Source: a virus. Taken from it: a DNA stretch of 45,489 nucleotides. A model generated the notes under the pieces. That model was not told the DNA's origin. It saw only the letters and a program-made list of their open reading frames with translations, and did no database searches. This document shows positions 41,357-45,489 of this stretch, one piece after another (positions within the stretch are counted from its first letter, which is position 1; the number at the start of each line of letters is the position of its first letter). The translations under genes and the position numbers were made by a program. The DNA lies in the IMG/VR virus record IMGVR_UViG_3300010361_000006; one strand, given 5' to 3'.

Positions 41357-41628
41357 TCCCCCTTGCACTTGTGCTGATGCATACGGCCCAGACTCAACAC
41401 TTTGGCGCAGTGCGGACACTGAGCCATCACACGGTGCTGGTTGCGTCGTCCGCTGGTGGGAATGGGACCGCTCAACGGTTCCACCCAGACCTTGATGCCG
41501 TCCAGAACTCTAGGTCCCATCCCTTGCGTGGGCCAGTGTGCCTCCGGACGCAGCCCAAACATCACCTTGATGTGGTGTGAGTGCGCATTCCACGTGCGAT
41601 TGCGTGGATTACGTACAAAAGTATTCAT
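41353..41628 (-). CDS. Hypothetical protein with C-terminal CPHC...H.HKC motif
   Basis: 91-aa ORF, the first gene after terminator 41735-41771. Confidence 0.5.
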   Translation of the reverse strand: MNTFVRNPRNRTWNAHSHHIKVMFGLRPEAHWPTQGMGPRVLDGIKVWVEPLSGPIPTSGRRNQHRVMAQCPHCAKVLSLGRMHQHKCKGE

Positions 41629-41734
41629 GTTATTCCCCTACAATTGGTCTCCATCGCGTAGCGCCCCATGCGCTACAACTACAATGGTATAATCTTGCCA
41701 GCTGCGACACTACCAATCCTGCATCATTCCGTAT

Positions 41735-41771
41735 CCAAAAAAATACCCCAGGAGGAAGAGCCTCACTGGGG
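41735..41771 (-). terminator. Rho-independent terminator
   Basis: On the minus strand, ccccag-t-gagg-ctctt-cctc-ctgggg forms a 6+4 bp stem with one bulge, followed by tattttttt. It lies downstream of the stop at 41851. Confidence 0.7.
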
Positions 41772-41850
41772 CAAAGCCATCCCTTCGCGTGATTAAGGAT
41801 GGTGGGGTAACTGCGTTAACCTATAGTGTGCCATCTTAGCATGCATCGTG

Positions 41851-42099
41851 CTACCGCATAATAGTCTCCATCCATAACGCTCGCACTTGTCGGCACGTCG
41901 TATTTGTGTTCAATTCACGCGCCTCTTTATTGGTCGGCCTCCTCAGCTGCATGTCGGCTCCGTAGATGTTCCACTTTCCACACGCCAAACATAACATGCA
42001 GTCGCCTGGAGAGGGAAGAGCTTCTGGAGTGTGGGGACATGTTACGCTGTCTACACGATAGTCACAATTCGGGCACCGTGTTTCAGGAATTCGCTGCAT
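41851..42099 (-). CDS. Small zinc-ribbon protein (CxxC ... CxxC)
   Basis: 82 aa with CPNCDY...CMLCLACGKW. Confidence 0.5.
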   Translation of the reverse strand: MQRIPETRCPNCDYRVDSVTCPHTPEALPSPGDCMLCLACGKWNIYGADMQLRRPTNKEARELNTNTTCRQVRALWMETIMR

Positions 42100-42136
42100 G
42101 ACTAGCTCCTAAAGTGATGGTGCCGCATGGGACATG

Positions 42137-42328
42137 TCAGGATGTTGAAGGTAGCTTCTGCGGCGGAATAGACTCCGGCATGGGGATCTGCAATTCTAGC
42201 CATGTGAAGAAGTCCTTTCTGGTCTCCAGTTTCACATTGGCTCCCCGAGTCGCATACACATGACCGTCGTTTGTGAGCACATACAAGATATCATCACCGC
42301 TCGTGGCGATTTGAACGATCTTTCGCAT
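42137..42328 (-). CDS. Hypothetical early protein
   Basis: 63-aa ORF, the first gene after terminator 42495-42520. Confidence 0.45.
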   Translation of the reverse strand: MRKIVQIATSGDDILYVLTNDGHVYATRGANVKLETRKDFFTWLELQIPMPESIPPQKLPSTS

Positions 42329-42494
42329 GATCCCTCCCGTAAGGCGTTAGCACGCACTAATACTATAGCCATACAGCAAGCATCAGTTATTCATAATTAA
42401 TCACTCCTGACACGTCCCTGCGCGGCAGTTACAGTGTGCGCCCATTGCGTACAATCTAGGCTATCTGGGAGGTACTATATTTAGTCCGCGTCCG

Positions 42495-42520
42495 TAAAAA
42501 AGGCCTCCCGAAGGAGGCCT
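42495..42520 (-). terminator. Rho-independent terminator
   Basis: On the minus strand, aggcctcc-ttcg-ggaggcct forms an 8-bp stem with a tetraloop, followed by tttttac. It lies downstream of the stop at 42590. Confidence 0.85.
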
Positions 42521-42589
42521 AATGAGATGACACGTTGCCAGATTACGATATGAAGTGTAGCACACAGATCTAAGATGGCAAGTTATTTC

Positions 42590-42766
42590 CTATCGTTTAC
42601 ATTTAATGATGCTTGCAGTCGTTCCTTTTCCCGTAATTCCCATAGGTCCAGCATCTCCAAACTGTACAGACGTTTTGCCCTTCTTTAATGCTCTTTCCAT
42701 TTTCCTTTTCTTTTCGCGCTCTGTCACCACTGGACTTCTAGCTAAAAATCTACGCAGATCATCCAT
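42590..42766 (-). CDS. Small basic protein
   Basis: ATG 42766 is preceded by aaggagg 6 nt upstream. 58 aa: MDDLRRFLARSPVVTEREKKRKMERALKKGK... The ORF track extends to 42823. Confidence 0.45.
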   Translation of the reverse strand: MDDLRRFLARSPVVTEREKKRKMERALKKGKTSVQFGDAGPMGITGKGTTASIIKCKR

Positions 42767-42940
42767 TTTCGCCTCCTTTGGTTGACGGCAATGTTTACCG
42801 TAGGCGCAGATGGGGAGTGACACAAGTAAACTAGTATCCGATGGGATCGCGCCTATACTGGTATACCTGTTCCTGTACGCAACGCGTGTAAATCGTACCT
42901 AAGTCAAAGATTAACCGTTGCTGGATTACAGGAGATTCAA

Positions 42941-45055
42941 ATGTCAGACGCCACTGACGGAAGGGGATTTGCAGGTATTGTCCAACTCAGGTCACCCATC
43001 AAAAAGCATCAAGACGAGATCCACAAACGCGGATTCACGGAGGAACAAGCTAACAAGTTCACAATTCTAGCAGATTCAACAATGTTAACACGTCTGTTAG
43101 AACCAGAGCATCCCTATGTTGAAAATACTAGTGCGACACTTTACCCATTTTATCACATCAACGGCAGTCCCATGACATTTAAGAATGCCTATGGGGAACA
43201 TCAATACGCCGCCGTCCGCTTCCATCCTCCGTTTGATAAACACCACAAGTATCTAAGCCCTCGTACAGACACACGAGTCTATTACCCGCAAGTAGCTGAT
43301 TGGCGCGATCTACCAGCGGACGAAGATGTATGGTTTGTGGAAGGTGAAGTAAAAGCGCTCGTAGCGATGCTGCACGAACCTGAGGGATTACATTGGTGCG
43401 TGGGCTTCGCTGGTCACACTCGATTTGTCCCCGGTGGTAAATTCCCAAAGGATTTAGATGAACTTGACCTGTACGGCCGGAGCGTCCATATTGTCATGGA
43501 TTATGACAATAAAGAAAAGACTCTCCAGCAAGTAGAAGCAAGCATCCGCAAAGTTTGTACAGCGTTGCATATGCGTAACGCTACTCCTTATGTTGCTCGC
43601 ATCCAACGTACTGCACTCGGTGGCGTCGTAGAACTCGGCGAAAAGATGGGGCTGGATGACTATCTAGAGCATGGCGGTACATGGGCAGAACTGGAAAAGA
43701 CACTGGAATTTGTCCCTCCAGACCAGCCAGAGCTATTAAAGCTCTTAGAGCAATATGCGTTTTGTCGTAATCCATCTGGAGTAGTTGATTTAAACACTGG
43801 ATTTTGGGCCAAGAAGAATGATTGGAAGGACTATACTGCGAATAAACTGGATAAGAACGAACGCGGTAAAGAGGTTCCCGCCAATGATAATTGGCTCAAA
43901 CATCCAAGCAGACAAGAGCTGGACACATTTATCTTTCATCCTGGCTTACCACCACTCAGTATCGTGGAATGGGAGGGTAAGCTCTGCTATAACACATGGC
44001 GCGGCTTCCCAGATCTCGGGGAAATCAGGAACCCAGAGGCAGTGGAGGTATTCCAACGCTTTATGCGTAGGCGATCTCCAGAGTATGGGGAATACTTGAT
44101 GGATTGGATTGCTCACCGTCTAAAATTTCCTGGGATCCACAATAATCATGGAGTCGTACAAAAGGATGTAGGTGGCAGCGGCAAAAGTCTATTAGGTATC
44201 ATACTCACACAAATGATGGGACGCGAACATGTGTTTATTGGTTCAATGGAAGACATTAATGGAAATTATAATGACTTTCTAGAGCACAAGCTAATCGCTA
44301 TAATCGAAGAGCCAAGCACAGATCATGGCAGCAAGTGGAGTATGACTGATAAGATTAAAAAGCTCATCACTGAGCATACTATGAATGTTCACGCAAAGTA
44401 CGTTGGAATGCGTCAAGGTGTGCCCTGCTTCCAAGCTTGGATGTTCAATAGTAATCGTAGCGCTCCATTGACAATAGATTCTAAAAATCGCAAGCTGATG
44501 GTCATAGAATCGTTGGTGGATATGGAAGATGCAGAGCACATTGCAGACTGCGCATGGCTCTACCAAAAGTTCGATCCCATGAGCAGTGGATATGACCAGT
44601 CCGCCGTGGCTAGTCTGCGGGAATGGTTGATGGAAAGAACGGTGTTGGAAGAGCAGTTTAGCGGCAACGTAGAGCAAACAGATGCAGCCGATGAAATGGC
44701 TGATCTATGCATGACAGATGGCCAGCGTGCTGTGGAGGAATGGCTTGATCGGGCAGAGGGATTTGATGGCTTTGCGTTTACCGCAGATAACGTTTGGAAT
44801 GCAATAAGAGCGAGTGTGGAGATCCAACAAACCGCTGTTTTGCGTCTGGTAAAGGAGGCAGTAATGCGGCGCGGTTGGGTCATAGAAAGCCCAAGGAGGA
44901 AACATGGGGAGTGGGTGCAGCGGATCCAAAATAGTACTGGTAAGGCTGGACACTGGGTAAGCAAGCGGAAGGTGAAGTGGACGGAGGTGTCGCATAAGGA
45001 GCAAATGTTCAGGAGAGGGGAGGAAATGAGTAAGAAAACAGTGTTGATACAGTAG
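42941..45055 (+). CDS. Bifunctional DNA primase (Toprim-like) / SF3 (D5/P4-type) helicase
   Basis: 704 aa. The N-terminal part has VWFVEGEVKALVAML...VGFAGH...VHIVMDYDN, a Toprim-like E...DxD pattern. The central/C-terminal part has Walker A KDVGGSGKSLLG and Walker B LIAIIEEPS. caggag lies upstream of ATG 42941. Confidence 0.8.
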   Translation: MSDATDGRGFAGIVQLRSPIKKHQDEIHKRGFTEEQANKFTILADSTMLTRLLEPEHPYVENTSATLYPFYHINGSPMTFKNAYGEHQYAAVRFHPPFDKHHKYLSPRTDTRVYYPQVADWRDLPADEDVWFVEGEVKALVAMLHEPEGLHWCVGFAGHTRFVPGGKFPKDLDELDLYGRSVHIVMDYDNKEKTLQQVEASIRKVCTALHMRNATPYVARIQRTALGGVVELGEKMGLDDYLEHGGTWAELEKTLEFVPPDQPELLKLLEQYAFCRNPSGVVDLNTGFWAKKNDWKDYTANKLDKNERGKEVPANDNWLKHPSRQELDTFIFHPGLPPLSIVEWEGKLCYNTWRGFPDLGEIRNPEAVEVFQRFMRRRSPEYGEYLMDWIAHRLKFPGIHNNHGVVQKDVGGSGKSLLGIILTQMMGREHVFIGSMEDINGNYNDFLEHKLIAIIEEPSTDHGSKWSMTDKIKKLITEHTMNVHAKYVGMRQGVPCFQAWMFNSNRSAPLTIDSKNRKLMVIESLVDMEDAEHIADCAWLYQKFDPMSSGYDQSAVASLREWLMERTVLEEQFSGNVEQTDAADEMADLCMTDGQRAVEEWLDRAEGFDGFAFTADNVWNAIRASVEIQQTAVLRLVKEAVMRRGWVIESPRRKHGEWVQRIQNSTGKAGHWVSKRKVKWTEVSHKEQMFRRGEEMSKKTVLIQ

Positions 45056-45077
45056 TGGAGTGGGATGGTGTACAGTT

Positions 45078-45110
45078 GGCTCAGCTCCTTGGTGGGTGCG
45101 GGGCTGAGCC
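45078..45110 (+). terminator. Hairpin after primase-helicase gene (terminator-like, no U-tract)
   Basis: ggctcagc (45078-45085) pairs with gctgagcc (45103-45110) around a 17-nt loop. It starts 23 nt after the stop. Confidence 0.4.
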
Positions 45111-45366
45111 GAAGTTACAGGGTGAACAGTATTACAGTACTTCTTTTAAAATATAAGTAAAATATAGAATACTGATTAAATAGGGGTATAGAAAAAAAAA
45201 CTTTTCTCAGGTATGTACTGGTTACTGTATTGAACCATTTTGGTCCCCTCCATTTAAGGGGAAAATTGGAGATTAAAGTCCGATCTGATAATCAAAGATT
45301 GCAAAAGTCAGAAATAGCGAAAACTCATTTACGACCCAGAAATGACCCTGTCATCACTCATCCATC

Positions 45367-45489
45367 ATGGTCAAATCTTGAATCAGATCTGACTTCCGAT
45401 AGAGCCTTCGGATAGAGCGATCTTTGAATCAATCAGATGTATCTCCAGACCCGAGATAGACCCTTCTATCCGACACCTCCAGTGGCATC
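45367..45489. repeat. Direct terminal repeat, right copy (identical to 1-123)
   Basis: Identical to 1-123 over the full 123 nt by direct comparison. Confidence 0.95.

Noticed and set aside
41686-41694. Perfect TATAAT (ggtataatc) on the plus strand in the 41629-41850 intergenic region as a promoter
   Set aside because: It points away from any plus-strand gene, since all genes for 18 kb downstream are on the minus strand. A weaker minus-strand candidate (TTGGTA-17-ATTATA) overlaps it, but I cannot support either without transcript data.

Overview
The window reads as one complete tailed-phage genome. The unit length is 45,366 bp, and the first 123 nt are repeated exactly at the end (1-123 = 45367-45489).

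Layout:
1. About 1 kb of mostly non-coding, GATC- and iteron-rich DNA lies around the termini. It flanks a single self-contained + strand gene (404-916) that has a near-consensus sigma70-type promoter and its own terminator.
2. A short leftward block (1255-3322) holds an HNH endonuclease and small unknown ORFs.
3. A rightward ~20 kb virion operon (3408-23222) follows a T7/podovirus-like order:
   - small and large terminase, portal, scaffold, HK97-type major capsid, Ig-like decoration protein
   - adaptor and nozzle candidates, then a GNAT acetyltransferase
   - internal/ejection proteins, one with a lytic-transglycosylase domain
   - two tail fibres, one with an S74 intramolecular chaperone, plus a fibre chaperone
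4. A leftward ~19 kb early/replication arm (42328 down to 23284) contains:
   - many small Zn-finger and membrane ORFs, a GH5-like glycosidase and a tRNA-like gene
   - family-A DNA polymerase, Cas4-like exonuclease, VRR-NUC and SNF2 helicase
   - the main point of interest, a thymidine-hypermodification-type gene set: a ThyA-like hydroxymethylase, an aGPT-Pplase-like transferase, a P-loop kinase and an HD phosphohydrolase with DUF3310, plus unassigned partner genes
5. A rightward Toprim + SF3 primase-helicase (42941-45055), visibly AT-richer than the rest.

Three AT-rich HNH endonuclease genes are scattered through the genome. I saw no integrase, repressor, phage RNA polymerase or recognisable endolysin/holin cassette.

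All functional calls are by-eye motif recognition on the supplied translations. None has been confirmed by a database search.
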